The notes: generated by a model not told the origin, from the letters alone. Counted from the first letter of the stretch, positions 21,682-31,611 are shown. The stretch is 64,000 nt of DNA from Methanobacteriota archaeon (GCA_963719035.1 CAVRAO010000008.1:1-64000), one strand, 5' to 3'. A program made the numbers and translations.

Positions 21682-21966
21682 TTAGCACTCCCGCGATGCA
21701 CTTTCGTGACTGTCCGCGCCGCCTTGCCTACCGATAATCGTGCCTAGCACAAGGCGCTTACGTAAGGGGTTAAGATACGCGTGACGTCTTTCTTTTTCCT
21801 GTTCTTCTTTCTCTGCAGTTCTGAAACACGAAACAAGGGCACTTAGTGCTTCAGTATCATCTAAGTTAGCCTCGGACTCCTCATCGACCTTTGTTTTGAC
21901 TTCTGAAAGCGCATGGCTTAGTAACTCCGCGTCGCTGCCGGTTAAGATTAGTCCCTTTTCTATCAT
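21682..21966 (-). CDS. small hypothetical protein
   Basis: AGGGGG RBS, 94-aa ORF. Confidence 0.5.
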   Translation of the reverse strand: MIEKGLILTGSDAELLSHALSEVKTKVDEESEANLDDTEALSALVSCFRTAEKEEQEKERRHAYLNPLRKRLVLGTIIGRQGGADSHESASREC

Positions 21967-22468
21967 TTTTCCCCCTTTTAGTAGGTGCTTTTTACATGAA
22001 CGACATCACATAATGCATGTTCGCTTTTGTCTGACATCAATAATAGCGTCACACCGGCCATTATCCTCGCGAAGAGCGTTAAACAAGCTTCAAAAGGTAA
22101 ACGGTCGCCGTTGCGTTGCTTGTAACAGCTAAGTTCCTAAGTAAAGCAAGTCGTGTGTTTCGCGGCGTGGCCGGCGGTATAAGTCGCAATGAAACGAAAC
22201 GCGATCATATTCGCCGCGTCGCTGACACTTTACATAAAGCTCACAGGACACGCAATAAGTCATGTTTATAACAAAGATAGCGAGGTGCTAAGTGCCTACG
22301 CGAAGTATGTGGCGAAAGTAATAGCCGTGTTAGAGCCGCTCCGTCGTCGAAAATAACGCCTATCGCCTTGACAAGCGTCCGTCACAACAACATTTATTCC
22401 CTCAGAGTGCCTTTTTACGTGTTTTAGAAAATACGGCGGTCATTTCCAGGCCGCCAACACAAAATTAG

Positions 22469-22684
22469 ATGAAAGAAATGGCGAAATATGACGGTATGAC
22501 GGTCGTTGGGAGCGTGATACTGACGGTTGCAGCCGTCATGGCTACTTGGCCCGCTACCGCGTTCCTCCTTCAGTACTATGCTGATCCTCAAAATACTGGG
22601 GCGCTTATTGCGGGGGGCTTCTTTGCTTTGCTGGCAGTTGTACCTGTGGGGTTCAGCACTTTGGGGTTGGTCAAATATTCTTAA
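22469..22684 (+). CDS. small two-TM membrane protein
   Basis: Two hydrophobic segments. Confidence 0.6.
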   Translation: MKEMAKYDGMTVVGSVILTVAAVMATWPATAFLLQYYADPQNTGALIAGGFFALLAVVPVGFSTLGLVKYS

Positions 22685-22764
22685 AACTAGTCATTAAGCC
22701 GGATCGTCAAGGGGTTATGTTTTTGGTTAATTTTTTCCCGCGAGCAAAGGGAGGTGAATAGGCA

Positions 22765-23007
22765 TTGGTTAAGCTATGGAAACAGCCCGGAGTAGCTTTC
22801 ATAATTCCTGGCGTGATTTTTATTTTGATCGGATTGCCCCCAGTTCTTGGGTATCCAGCAGGTACTTGGGAAATTATGGGCAGGCCAATACTACCAAGTG
22901 AATATGGATTGCCATTAGCAGTCGCTGGCGTAATACTCCTAGTCATTGGAGTAGTTATTTCCTATGAATTACAACAGAAAGAAAGAGTAACTACGAAAAG
23001 AAGGTGA
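22765..23007 (+). CDS. small two-TM membrane protein (copy A2)
   Basis: Duplicate of 13348-13575 with a different C-terminus. Confidence 0.75.
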   Translation: MVKLWKQPGVAFIIPGVIFILIGLPPVLGYPAGTWEIMGRPILPSEYGLPLAVAGVILLVIGVVISYELQQKERVTTKRR

Positions 23008-23014
23008 AAAGGCG

Positions 23015-23191
23015 TTGGTTTCACTAGCTGGAGTGGCTTTCCTAATTGCTGGTGTGATTATTACTGCGGTAGCGTCGTACGCCGTAATATCAATTCACTG
23101 GGGGTGGGGAGTGCCTTTTGTATTCATTGGCGTAACATGCCTAATCTTTGGATTAGTTATCCCTCTACTGACGATAGCAGAAAGAAAGTGA
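23015..23191 (+). CDS. unannotated 58-aa two-TM membrane protein
   Basis: AGGTGA RBS, TTG start; MVSLAGVAFLIAGVIITAVASYAVISIHWGWGVPFVFIGVTCLIFGLVIPLLTIAERK*. Confidence 0.6.
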   Translation: MVSLAGVAFLIAGVIITAVASYAVISIHWGWGVPFVFIGVTCLIFGLVIPLLTIAERK

Positions 23192-23519
23192 AACTACGAA
23201 GCATAATAACGCTTCCTGAACAAGTTATAGAATCTCTTACGTGCTTCCTTCCTTTTTCCTATGCACTTGGGGCACACGGCACGATCTATGCTTCCATTAC
23301 CTCCGTAATAAACGCACACTTGAACTTCATGCCGCACGCCTTTATCCTAGACAGCACGCCATCTACTGCGCTCTTTTCGCTGTCTCCGAATATACATAGC
23401 ACAGATCAATCATAGCTCATTGGGCCTTATCATCTCGTAAATATTGGACACATGTCGCTGCTTAGTAAGTCTAGTGTTATTATTATCGGTCGACAACAAT
23501 AAGACCAAAAAGATGCCTA

Positions 23520-23680
23520 ATCGAACGATCAGGCTCCCTCATACCTTTTCAAAACTCGCCGGGTTACCTACCCGAATCTATCAGACTGTTCAAGATGGAG
23601 CGCTCGCCTTTCTCATCGTGGTTTCCAAAAAACCCTCAGAAAGTGCTTCAAAAAAGCCCAAATACTCCGTTTTCACACGG
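23520..23680 (+). mobile_element. integrase N-terminal remnant ending in a truncated tRNA-Val(CAC) att site
   Basis: TIRLPHTFSKLAGLPTRIYQTVQDGALAFLIVV homologous to 30238-30600; ends ctccgttttcacacgg followed by A8. Confidence 0.78.
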
Positions 23681-23717
23681 AAAAAAAACGGCGTCTCTTA
23701 TCATTAAAAATGGGACG

Positions 23718-24392
23718 TTAGCGCTTTTGTAGGAACAGTTTCAGTGGGAATGGCTTGCCATGCCCGGGGTAAACAGTCTTGACTTTATCACTTTCTAGTT
23801 TGTCGATACTAGCCTGCGCAGTGGGCATATCGTCCTTAATGGAATTGACAGCAGGTTGTTTGGTGTTTTCAAGCAGGTCGCCACAAAACAGATCACCAGC
23901 GGATGTCAAAATGCCGATTGAGCCTTTGGAGTGTCCTGGTATTGAAAGAACTTTAGCGTCGAATCCATATTTAGCCAGATCTGTCCCTTCCGCGATAATC
24001 ACATCGGGTTGAAACCTGTCTGCTGTACCAAACCTAAAGAAGCTCGGTGCCAGCGATCTGAGAAGGCGATTGCCTTTTTTCCTGTTCCAGAACATATCGC
24101 CGCGTTCAGCCATGCCCACATCGTCAGCATGCATGGCGATCTTTGCCCCGAACTTTTGGCGGAGATAGGCGGCGTTGCCGATGTGATCAAAATCGCCGTG
24201 GGTGATAACGATCAAAATGAGGTGTCCTGGCTTACAGCCTGCGCTGACAAGTTCTTTTTCAAGGTCAGCGCGCTTGTTGGAACCCCCCGTGTCGATCAGG
24301 ATATAGTCATCGTGGGTTTTGATAAGATAGCAGTTGACGCTGCCCAGTTTGAAGGGGAGCGACAGATTGATCGAGTTGACTTCTGCTGGCAT
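23718..24392 (-). CDS. MBL-fold metallo-hydrolase
   Basis: THGDFDHIG, PGHS, GD, PGHG. Confidence 0.9.
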   Translation of the reverse strand: MPAEVNSINLSLPFKLGSVNCYLIKTHDDYILIDTGGSNKRADLEKELVSAGCKPGHLILIVITHGDFDHIGNAAYLRQKFGAKIAMHADDVGMAERGDMFWNRKKGNRLLRSLAPSFFRFGTADRFQPDVIIAEGTDLAKYGFDAKVLSIPGHSKGSIGILTSAGDLFCGDLLENTKQPAVNSIKDDMPTAQASIDKLESDKVKTVYPGHGKPFPLKLFLQKR

Positions 24393-24455
24393 GAGGCGGT
24401 CCTTTCGTGTCGTTCCTTTTCCCAGAAGTATGCAGCAAGGGCGCCGAGTGCTTTT

Positions 24456-25124
24456 TCAACTGCCATTCTTGGCGATTTCAAGCAGCAAGTGGTTGAATTG
24501 TTTTGGCATGGAAGCCATTGGCACGTGGGACGTCGGCCACTCAACGTAGTCCCACTCTGTTCCAGCGGCCTCAATCTTTTTCTTAACGATGGGATGAACG
24601 GGCGAAAACTCGCTTTCCGTGCACATAATATAGGTTTTAGGTATCGGTTTTACTCTCTTGGGGTCAAACTGCAGTTTTTCCACATACGGCGCGGCCGGCT
24701 CCAGTCCGACGAACGACGTTGGATCACTGCCACTTGAAGTAATGATGGCAAACAATGACTGTCCGGGATCGGGCAACGCGGCATCGACGTACACCAAATG
24801 GCTGATTCTGTCGGGCATTGTGGCGGCGACACCGGTAATCACCATCCCGCCGTAACTGTGCGCGACCAATATCACCTCCTTCAGATCGTTTTCGGTGATC
24901 AACGCACAAATCTGCTCGACATGCTCGGTCAGAGTGCTGCCGTATTCGTCCTTGAGTGTCGGCGCGAAAACGCGGTGGTTATGGGCCGTAAGAGCAGAAG
25001 CAGTTCCGTCCCAAATCGCGCCGCCCATCTTGCCGTCCTGAGTATAAACTTGTTTTCCGACGGTAAGTTTGTTCCAGGTCTCTGTAGACATGTTGCCGCC
25101 GTGAACGAGAACATAAGTTGCCAT
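24456..25124 (-). CDS. alpha/beta hydrolase (esterase)
   Basis: VLVHGG, AHSYGG nucleophile elbow, SHVPM. Confidence 0.9.
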   Translation of the reverse strand: MATYVLVHGGNMSTETWNKLTVGKQVYTQDGKMGGAIWDGTASALTAHNHRVFAPTLKDEYGSTLTEHVEQICALITENDLKEVILVAHSYGGMVITGVAATMPDRISHLVYVDAALPDPGQSLFAIITSSGSDPTSFVGLEPAAPYVEKLQFDPKRVKPIPKTYIMCTESEFSPVHPIVKKKIEAAGTEWDYVEWPTSHVPMASMPKQFNHLLLEIAKNGS

Positions 25125-25374
25125 CGTTTTAACGCTCCTGAGTCATTGCTTCAGTAAGAAACTCAATTGCGCAGATACTTTTCCAAGAACCTTTTTTTGA
25201 GTCTTTAGTTTGATTGTTGTTCCCGCTCTTTCAAACCTTCCTGGCAACAAAACGGCTGTTTGAGCGGCAATTGGCGTTTCTTAAGTCATACCGTACTTTA
25301 ACTGATAGCGCAGCTTCGCGAGTGCGTGCTTTCCTTCATTAATGGCTTCGAGCGTCGCGCCCTTAGGCCATATT

Positions 25375-25638
25375 TTACAGGGGGATGCCTATTAAGTAGA
25401 GAACGATGACCACCAAGGCTCCCGGGATCCCTGCTATAGCGCTGATCAACACCGTGATCCAATTGATCGGCACTCCAATACCAATAAGATTGGCTACGGC
25501 AAGTATTATGATACCTAGTATCGCGTTGACGACCAGATATCTAATGATCCGAATGCCCCATCGTAAGACCGACCAAGCAATAATCAAAATAAGTATGATG
25601 ATTACGGCTGCGGCCAGGATACTGACTAAACCTACCAT
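25375..25638 (-). CDS. BofA-like (pro-sigmaK processing inhibitor family) membrane protein
   Basis: N.ILG..L..N..G..VPIN..T..I..I.GIPG pattern; start MVGLVS at 25638. Confidence 0.75.
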   Translation of the reverse strand: MVGLVSILAAAVIIILILIIAWSVLRWGIRIIRYLVVNAILGIIILAVANLIGIGVPINWITVLISAIAGIPGALVVIVLYLIGIPL

Positions 25639-25860
25639 GAGTGAAGCAAGCGGCGTTGAACTGATTAAGGTTTTGCTTTTTTGCGCATAAATGACCGCTT
25701 TGGTCTGGAACATGCCGTTTAATACTCGCAGAACCGACGGCTGGGCTGCTTCCTCATCAAGAAAAGGGTAAGTGTGCCATGCTGACGACGCTGCTCGGCT
25801 GGGACAGGGATTCCCGCGCCGGCGCAAGATGTCCCTTGACGAGATGCAGTGCGAGTTAGC

Positions 25861-26535
25861 CTAACGACTCCCGACGCGCGCCATCTTCCCCACCAGCAAA
25901 GCGATCACGGTCACAAGATACAACTGTCCGAGCAGTGCCTCGATGATTGTCAGCACTCTCACTAAGTCGGTTGTCGGAATCAGATCCCCCATCCCGACGG
26001 TGGTAAGGATGGTGAAGCTGTCGTAGTAGAGATCGATCCCCCGCATCGTCTCGACTCCGCTGAATGGTGCGACCGGCGACAACACGACGATAATGCTGTA
26101 GAGCACCGCGAAGATAAATCCGATCAGCAGGTAGATGTTCGCAGCGCCCAGCACGGTCTGGATCGTGATCGAGCGGTGTCGGTAGAGGTCACGACCGATC
26201 ACTATCGGGCCAGCTCCCGCTATCGCGATGATCGCAAGACCCGTGACAGAGCTTGCTGTGGTCGAGTTCCCCAAGAGGAACAGCGCAACTGCGCTGAGGA
26301 GCACACTCACTGCCAGCGCACCGCCGACAACGAGAAGCGTAGCCCGCCGTGCTTGCGACACAAACAGAATGTTGACCAGCGTTGAAGATGCGAATACCAG
26401 CGCGCCCAGGATTCCAGCAGGTCGACCGCTGCTGATGCTCGCCAGAATCAGGGTCCCGATGAGAAAGACCAGCACCATACCATAGCCGGGACGCCATCGC
26501 TCTTCGCTCGCGATGCTTGTCTTGTCGTTCGCCAC
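25861..26535 (-). CDS. potassium channel-like (Ion_trans_2) membrane protein
   Basis: SFTILTTVGMGDLIP filter variant; EALLGQLYL. Confidence 0.85.
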   Translation of the reverse strand: MANDKTSIASEERWRPGYGMVLVFLIGTLILASISSGRPAGILGALVFASSTLVNILFVSQARRATLLVVGGALAVSVLLSAVALFLLGNSTTASSVTGLAIIAIAGAGPIVIGRDLYRHRSITIQTVLGAANIYLLIGFIFAVLYSIIVVLSPVAPFSGVETMRGIDLYYDSFTILTTVGMGDLIPTTDLVRVLTIIEALLGQLYLVTVIALLVGKMARVGSR

Positions 26536-26760
26536 GCTTCCTCCTACTGCGACTAGATGCCGTGTTGCGCTATCTCTTTTTTTATTTTTATTGTTTTAAG
26601 TTTGCATATTATGACGGTCAGTTTCATACTCTACAACAGATATTTTTAGTTGTTTCTTGTTTGAAGTAGGAATGGTTTAACATGTGTAGCGCCTCTTTTC
26701 TTCCGTCTTTTTCCTTTTTCTGCCGTTAGATACGAAGCACGTGCGTCTGCGCTGACCGAA

Positions 26761-27138
26761 GTGAGGATATTCATAGTTACTAGCGTAGTTTTTGGACTTT
26801 TGCACGGCTTAAACATCGTCAATGGTCAAGCTGTTGAAACGACGATACAGCAGATCGTATTTTCATCTCTGTTTGGCGGCGTGCTCTATACAATATTCCG
26901 TAAGACGGGGCTTTTAGTCGTGCTAATGATTCTTCACGCCTTGTGGGACTTTTCCCTACTCACCCAGGGTACGAGTCAAGTAAACCAGATAGTGGCAGCC
27001 GCCAGCGGTACGAGCTCAACACTGCTACTCGTTGCGACAGGCGCGTCTTGGCTTTCGTACATACTCTTGATCCCTGCCGTTCGAAACTTCAACGTAAAAA
27101 AAAGGACTGAGGAAAGAAACCAAAGCTCATCAACTTAA
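26761..27138 (+). pseudogene. CPBP/CAAX intramembrane metalloprotease C-terminal fragment
   Basis: FGLLH and HALWD motifs; EExxFRG motif missing. Confidence 0.7.
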
Positions 27139-27239
27139 CGTTCTCTTGATTCAGGTAGTCATCGTCAGGAGATAAAAACTAGCAGACCTCAGGCAAAATA
27201 AAGAAAAAAAGAGGGGGCACCCCCTTTTCGTTTGCGTGC

Positions 27240-27932
27240 TTACGACAGGAACGTCACTTGAACACTCTCTATGCTCACGATCGCCGTCGCCTGCTCTTTT
27301 ACAGTTCCACTAAAGACCGTTGCTGAGAGACCAACTATGACGTTGTCGTTCATATATTGGAGCGTAAGGTAGTCATATGGCCATCCAGATCCTCCAAATG
27401 TCAGCGTCTCTTTCTTCACGTACGCGTCTCGCCCCTGTACGGTTGCATAGGAGTCAAGACCGTAGCCGCCTTGAGCCCCATTGGTCTGCAGGTCTGCATT
27501 AGCAAAAGCATGCCCCGCTCCGTTCACCGCAAGGAGTGACCTTACGGTGACCTTGACCATCACCTTTCGGTCTTTCAGGGTTTCCCAGGCGGCTGAGCCA
27601 GGATCTGCCTTCAGCTGCACGCCGACTTGCCCTCCTGCCGAACAGCGAAATGGCCCGCTGGGCACGATACTCGCTGTTGCCATAACGAGGTTGCGGGTCG
27701 AATATGCCGCCGCTTGACATCCCGGCTTCGCTGGATCGGCCCGGTGATAGTCATAGTTCATCACGGTCCACTTGTATGTCGTGCCGACTGGTGCGCGGGT
27801 ATAGTCGACCGCAAAGACATAGCGATCTGGCGTTAGCTTCGCTGCGGCCTTCGGTGCGGTCACGACACCGGCAGCGCTTACGACTGAAACGGCCATCACG
27901 GCGATAAGTAGTATTGCAATATACTTCTTCAT
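27240..27932 (-). CDS. secreted hypothetical protein
   Basis: Signal peptide, AGGTGA RBS. Confidence 0.75.
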   Translation of the reverse strand: MKKYIAILLIAVMAVSVVSAAGVVTAPKAAAKLTPDRYVFAVDYTRAPVGTTYKWTVMNYDYHRADPAKPGCQAAAYSTRNLVMATASIVPSGPFRCSAGGQVGVQLKADPGSAAWETLKDRKVMVKVTVRSLLAVNGAGHAFANADLQTNGAQGGYGLDSYATVQGRDAYVKKETLTFGGSGWPYDYLTLQYMNDNVIVGLSATVFSGTVKEQATAIVSIESVQVTFLS

Positions 27933-27995
27933 GGTTCACCTATCTTTTTGTCTTCCTTGTGGGGGTGGCAAAGCAGCTACATAGCCGACTCACCG

Positions 27996-28871
27996 TTACG
28001 GTGTGTGTGCATGCAGCGACTGCAATTCCTGTACCAGAGACGCCGCCTGCGCGTACTTCGGCGCTTGCGCTTCACACGTCCGTACAAGGTCAGTCTTGTC
28101 AGGCGTTCCACGCAACGCGCAACCATCCGTGCGGGTGACGAACGTCGACTGCAGTGTCTTAGCCGCGTTGTCGTACTTGCCGTACTTCACCTGGAGCGTG
28201 GCAGCATCGATAACGGCAATAAGCGCGATCTTCGTGCCCGGGTAGAAAGCAGAATTCGTCGTACTCTTCACCGTGTTCTTGAGCGTGGCGAGGCTTGCCA
28301 AGACAGATGTCTTTGTAGGTTCGTTCGGCACAGGCTGTGGCGTAAAGTGGACATCGTCAAGGTAAGCCGAATTATAGTCGTACTTACTAGTGCCGGTCAG
28401 TATCCAAAAGAGCGTGTGTTCGCCGGCAGGAATGTCGACCGTTGCAGTGGCGAAATTCGGCCCGGGGTTTATGGGGCGAGAACATGTTGCAACCACTTTA
28501 CCGTCGAACACTAACACGAAGTTCGAGTACGTGCTCGTTTGGTCGCTAATGTCTGCGCACCACTTAAACGAGAGAGTTCCTGGACCGTGAACCGAGGTAT
28601 ATAGCTGTGACTCTTGGCTGCCTACTTTGTCGAGTGCTACCCAATCCAGCGAAAAATCGGTATTATTCCACACCGTGCAATGGTCTCGTGTATAAAACCA
28701 CGACCACCCGAGCCGCGGGCAATCTAATGCTTCCGCTATTTGCGCAGATGTCGGGTTAGAAATCGTCGTTATTGTAGCCTGCGCCTTCAACACGCCTGCT
28801 CCGGTCGAACCGACAAAAAGGAGGGCGAGGGCAAGCGCGACCAGCGTAGTGCGTAACCGCATCGATGTCAC
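27996..28871 (-). CDS. secreted protein, beta-rich domain plus C-terminal helical (FIMAH-like) domain
   Basis: Signal peptide; GPGTLSF.W..AYLDDV; DGCALRGTPD. Confidence 0.7.
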   Translation of the reverse strand: MTSMRLRTTLVALALALLFVGSTGAGVLKAQATITTISNPTSAQIAEALDCPRLGWSWFYTRDHCTVWNNTDFSLDWVALDKVGSQESQLYTSVHGPGTLSFKWCADISDQTSTYSNFVLVFDGKVVATCSRPINPGPNFATATVDIPAGEHTLFWILTGTSKYDYNSAYLDDVHFTPQPVPNEPTKTSVLASLATLKNTVKSTTNSAFYPGTKIALIAVIDAATLQVKYGKYDNAAKTLQSTFVTRTDGCALRGTPDKTDLVRTCEAQAPKYAQAASLVQELQSLHAHTP

Positions 28872-29274
28872 CTGGAAGAATTAGTCGTACCACGAGGGCG
28901 GAACATTTAAACTTTGCCTTGCCGAATATTGTCAATATTGCCTTCTTTTATCAATCTGATGGCTGCACGGATCCTGTTATAGCAACCTTTATTAAAACTA
29001 AATATCTAGTGATTCGTTTTGTGAAGAAGCGGCGGCAGATAACACCTTCGTCTCTGTTGTGCATCACGAGGCACCACATTATGACGCAATCGGACGGTTG
29101 TCATTCTACCCTCAGCATACCTCTTGTCGCTACCGTCGCCACGAGAGGGGAACTACTACCCGGCACAACACGCTGCGGCTACGCCACATAGCGACGCTCT
29201 CGAACATACAGCTTTAGTAGCCGTGACGAGTCGTTCATGCCGCCATTTTACTTTACCGATCGTAGGTGACTTAA

Positions 29275-30015
29275 ATGAAACAACAACTCGCAGCATTATT
29301 TCTGGTTGTTGTGCTTGCCGCCTCGGTGCTCACTGCTGCAGACCTCGCAGCAGTGAGCACTGCGACAGCAGCCACAACAAGAACGGCCACGACGCTCGAC
29401 TTGCACGTGACGCATTCAGCCAATCTCTACACTTTCTACGGTACGCTCAGCAAAACCAAGGGTATGGGCGGTATCAAGGGTGGGAAGGTTGCCCTGCAGG
29501 TATCTGCCGACAATGAGCGTTGGAGGGATGCGTTGCTTCCAACGCGCACCAACGCCGTCGGTAACTACACGTTTCATCTGCTGCTCCAACCGGGACACAT
29601 CTACTACTTCCGCACCTCCTTCGCCGGCAGCGAAATGTACCTCCACGCGTTCAGCCCAGTCGTGACTGTGCCTGCCCCCACGAACTCCGAACCCATCCCT
29701 ACAACGCTCACCTTGCGGGCGGAAAAGGGCTGGAATGTTTTTGTGACGCATTGGGACTTCTACGGCACCCTCACTGCTAACGGCAAACCCATACCTTACG
29801 CGAATATCGGAATAGAGTATTGCTACAAGCGACCTGATGGCCAGATGCTCTGGGTCTTGCAGCAGGTGATAAAAACCGACAAAAACGGTAACTACCACTG
29901 GTCAGAGTGGTATTATTTTAGCGTTGACTACTACTACCGCACCTGGTTTGAGGGCCCGTCGGAGTTTCCTGAGTATGCGGAAGCGTACAGTCCAATCGTG
30001 ATGGTCAGTATCTAG
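29275..30015 (+). CDS. secreted protein with two Ig-like repeats
   Basis: Signal peptide; repeated TTL.L..FYGTL..T...GNY..YY.RT.F.G..SP.V. Confidence 0.8.
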   Translation: MKQQLAALFLVVVLAASVLTAADLAAVSTATAATTRTATTLDLHVTHSANLYTFYGTLSKTKGMGGIKGGKVALQVSADNERWRDALLPTRTNAVGNYTFHLLLQPGHIYYFRTSFAGSEMYLHAFSPVVTVPAPTNSEPIPTTLTLRAEKGWNVFVTHWDFYGTLTANGKPIPYANIGIEYCYKRPDGQMLWVLQQVIKTDKNGNYHWSEWYYFSVDYYYRTWFEGPSEFPEYAEAYSPIVMVSI

Positions 30016-30042
30016 CCGAGTCCAAATGTATAAAATGCGGTT

Positions 30043-30082
30043 GAGCGTGGTCGTGGCTCCGCGCTCGCCAACTCCTTTTTTT
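30043..30082 (+). terminator. hairpin plus T-tract
   Basis: gagcgtgg..ccgcgctc followed by a T7 run. Confidence 0.5.
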
Positions 30083-30237
30083 GGTGTTTGCCCGGTTCTT
30101 CCCCCGCCGATAAATCATACTAAAAGCCGACTTCAGGTGTAGTCATTCAAGGTACGTATCATAATCATTAAGCTCGTGGCGCCGACAGTGCACATGCTAG
30201 GTTAGGTACTAAACATTACTCATGCTGTGACGGTGCG

Positions 30238-30600
30238 ACGCGGCATCACGAGCTGCTGAAAGTCCACCGCAGCAAAATCTCGCTCCATCGTGCTAAAGCG
30301 GGCTACCATTATCCAACGGTGCGGCTGCCCCACCAGTTTTCGTATCTCGCTGGGTTATTTACACGGATCTACCAGACCATGCATCAAGGGGCGCTTGCGT
30401 TTCTCGTCGTTGTTGCTCCAACAGACGCTTCAGATGACGCAGCTGGAGGGGGTAAAAACGAGGATGCGTATCCAAAAACCTCCGTCTTCACACGGCGGAG
30501 GTCGCCGGTGCGAATCCGGCCGAGCCCATTGTTCTTTTTACAATCAGCCACACTAGAGCCATCCTCAACCTGCGAAAAAGGAATGTCCTCACTACGTTGA
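30238..30600 (+). mobile_element. SSV/pTN3-like integrase N-terminal remnant reading through the att site
   Basis: (ACG)RHHELLKVHRSKISLHRAKAGYHYPTVRLPHQ..GALAFLVVV..SVFTRRRSPVRIRPSP; the last peptide is the translated tRNA half. Confidence 0.8.
30482..30528 (+). mobile_element. att core: 3' half of tRNA-Val(CAC), no 5' half
   Basis: CCGTC-TTCACAC-GGCGG anticodon arm, AGGTC, GCCGG-TGCGAAT-CCGGC T-arm (one T>G change), CGAGCCC-A acceptor strand. Confidence 0.9.
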
Positions 30601-30687
30601 GAAAACTGCCGGGCACTCGTGCTCAAACTCGCAGTTTGGCTCTAAGTAACTTCGTTTTTTCGCTAAGGTGCGTTAAGACCAAATCAC

Positions 30688-31005
30688 TTAATGACGTCTC
30701 AAATGTCCGACTAATCCCGATATACCGAGCCGTATCAAGAGTAAATTCTCGACTGACACGGTATCGTCACCGCCTTTGATCCTCCCAATGAGTGCGTCCA
30801 AGTCGTTTAAAACTGATTCGGCCATCTGCAGCTCTTCGGAACGGAAATCATGGTCGTATATCTTACTGTCTAATGCTGCCCTCTGACTAATTGGCTCTGA
30901 AGCGACATTAATCGGTTCGTGAAGAGCACCACAGTTAACGCAAAATTGTCCGGGAGTGAAAACTGCGCTTTCGCCGCAAAATCTGCACTTCTTCTTATTA
31001 GCCAT
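30688..31005 (-). CDS. zinc-finger hypothetical protein
   Basis: CRFCG..CVNCG; AGGTGG RBS. Confidence 0.65.
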   Translation of the reverse strand: MANKKKCRFCGESAVFTPGQFCVNCGALHEPINVASEPISQRAALDSKIYDHDFRSEELQMAESVLNDLDALIGRIKGGDDTVSVENLLLIRLGISGLVGHLRRH

Positions 31006-31290
31006 AATCCACCTTTTGTAAATTGAAAAAGAATTCGTCGTTTCTCACTTATACAAGAGGTGATTCGTGGCTTAACTATTCCTATCCCTTTTTCCCAAAA
31101 AAGCCCCCCAAGGTGTTATCCTATTGCCCCCATAATGAAGTGATGCGGACGTTGTGACATCGTGCCGTCGAAAGACTCCGCTATGCCCTCCTTAATCAAT
31201 ATCTCCGCTTGCAGTTCGTCCAGATATTGATAGGTATCCGGTTGATGATCATTCCACTCGATTAAGAACTTAACCATAAACGCCATTTTT

Positions 31291-31494
31291 CTAACGTGAA
31301 GCTTCAAATAGCTCATTTACTTTTTTGCATCCATCATTATTAGGGGGGTTATAGAAACACAACTTTTCTGGGACTCCTTTAGAATACTTAACGCATCCCC
31401 AGCATTGAGTAAACAGCCGCGCACCGTGTTTATCTCTGTAGGCTTTGCATAACTCAGCTGCTCTTTCCAGAGGGATTGAGATTTCTGATGGCAT
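31291..31494 (-). CDS. small Cys-rich hypothetical protein
   Basis: C..QCWGCVKYSKG..C..GC. Confidence 0.6.
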   Translation of the reverse strand: MPSEISIPLERAAELCKAYRDKHGARLFTQCWGCVKYSKGVPEKLCFYNPPNNDGCKKVNELFEASR

Positions 31495-31611
31495 AATTAA
31501 ACCTATTCTAGTTTTGCCAATTTAGTTTTTTTCTACTATGACGCCGACATGCAGCATTGGAAAGACACAGAATTCGCGGTTGCTCAAGAAATAGGAGGAG
31601 GATAACGAAGC

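Noticed and set aside
30482-30528. Functional tRNA-Val gene
   Set aside because: No 5' acceptor strand or D-arm upstream, and the T-loop is mutated; treated as an att core.
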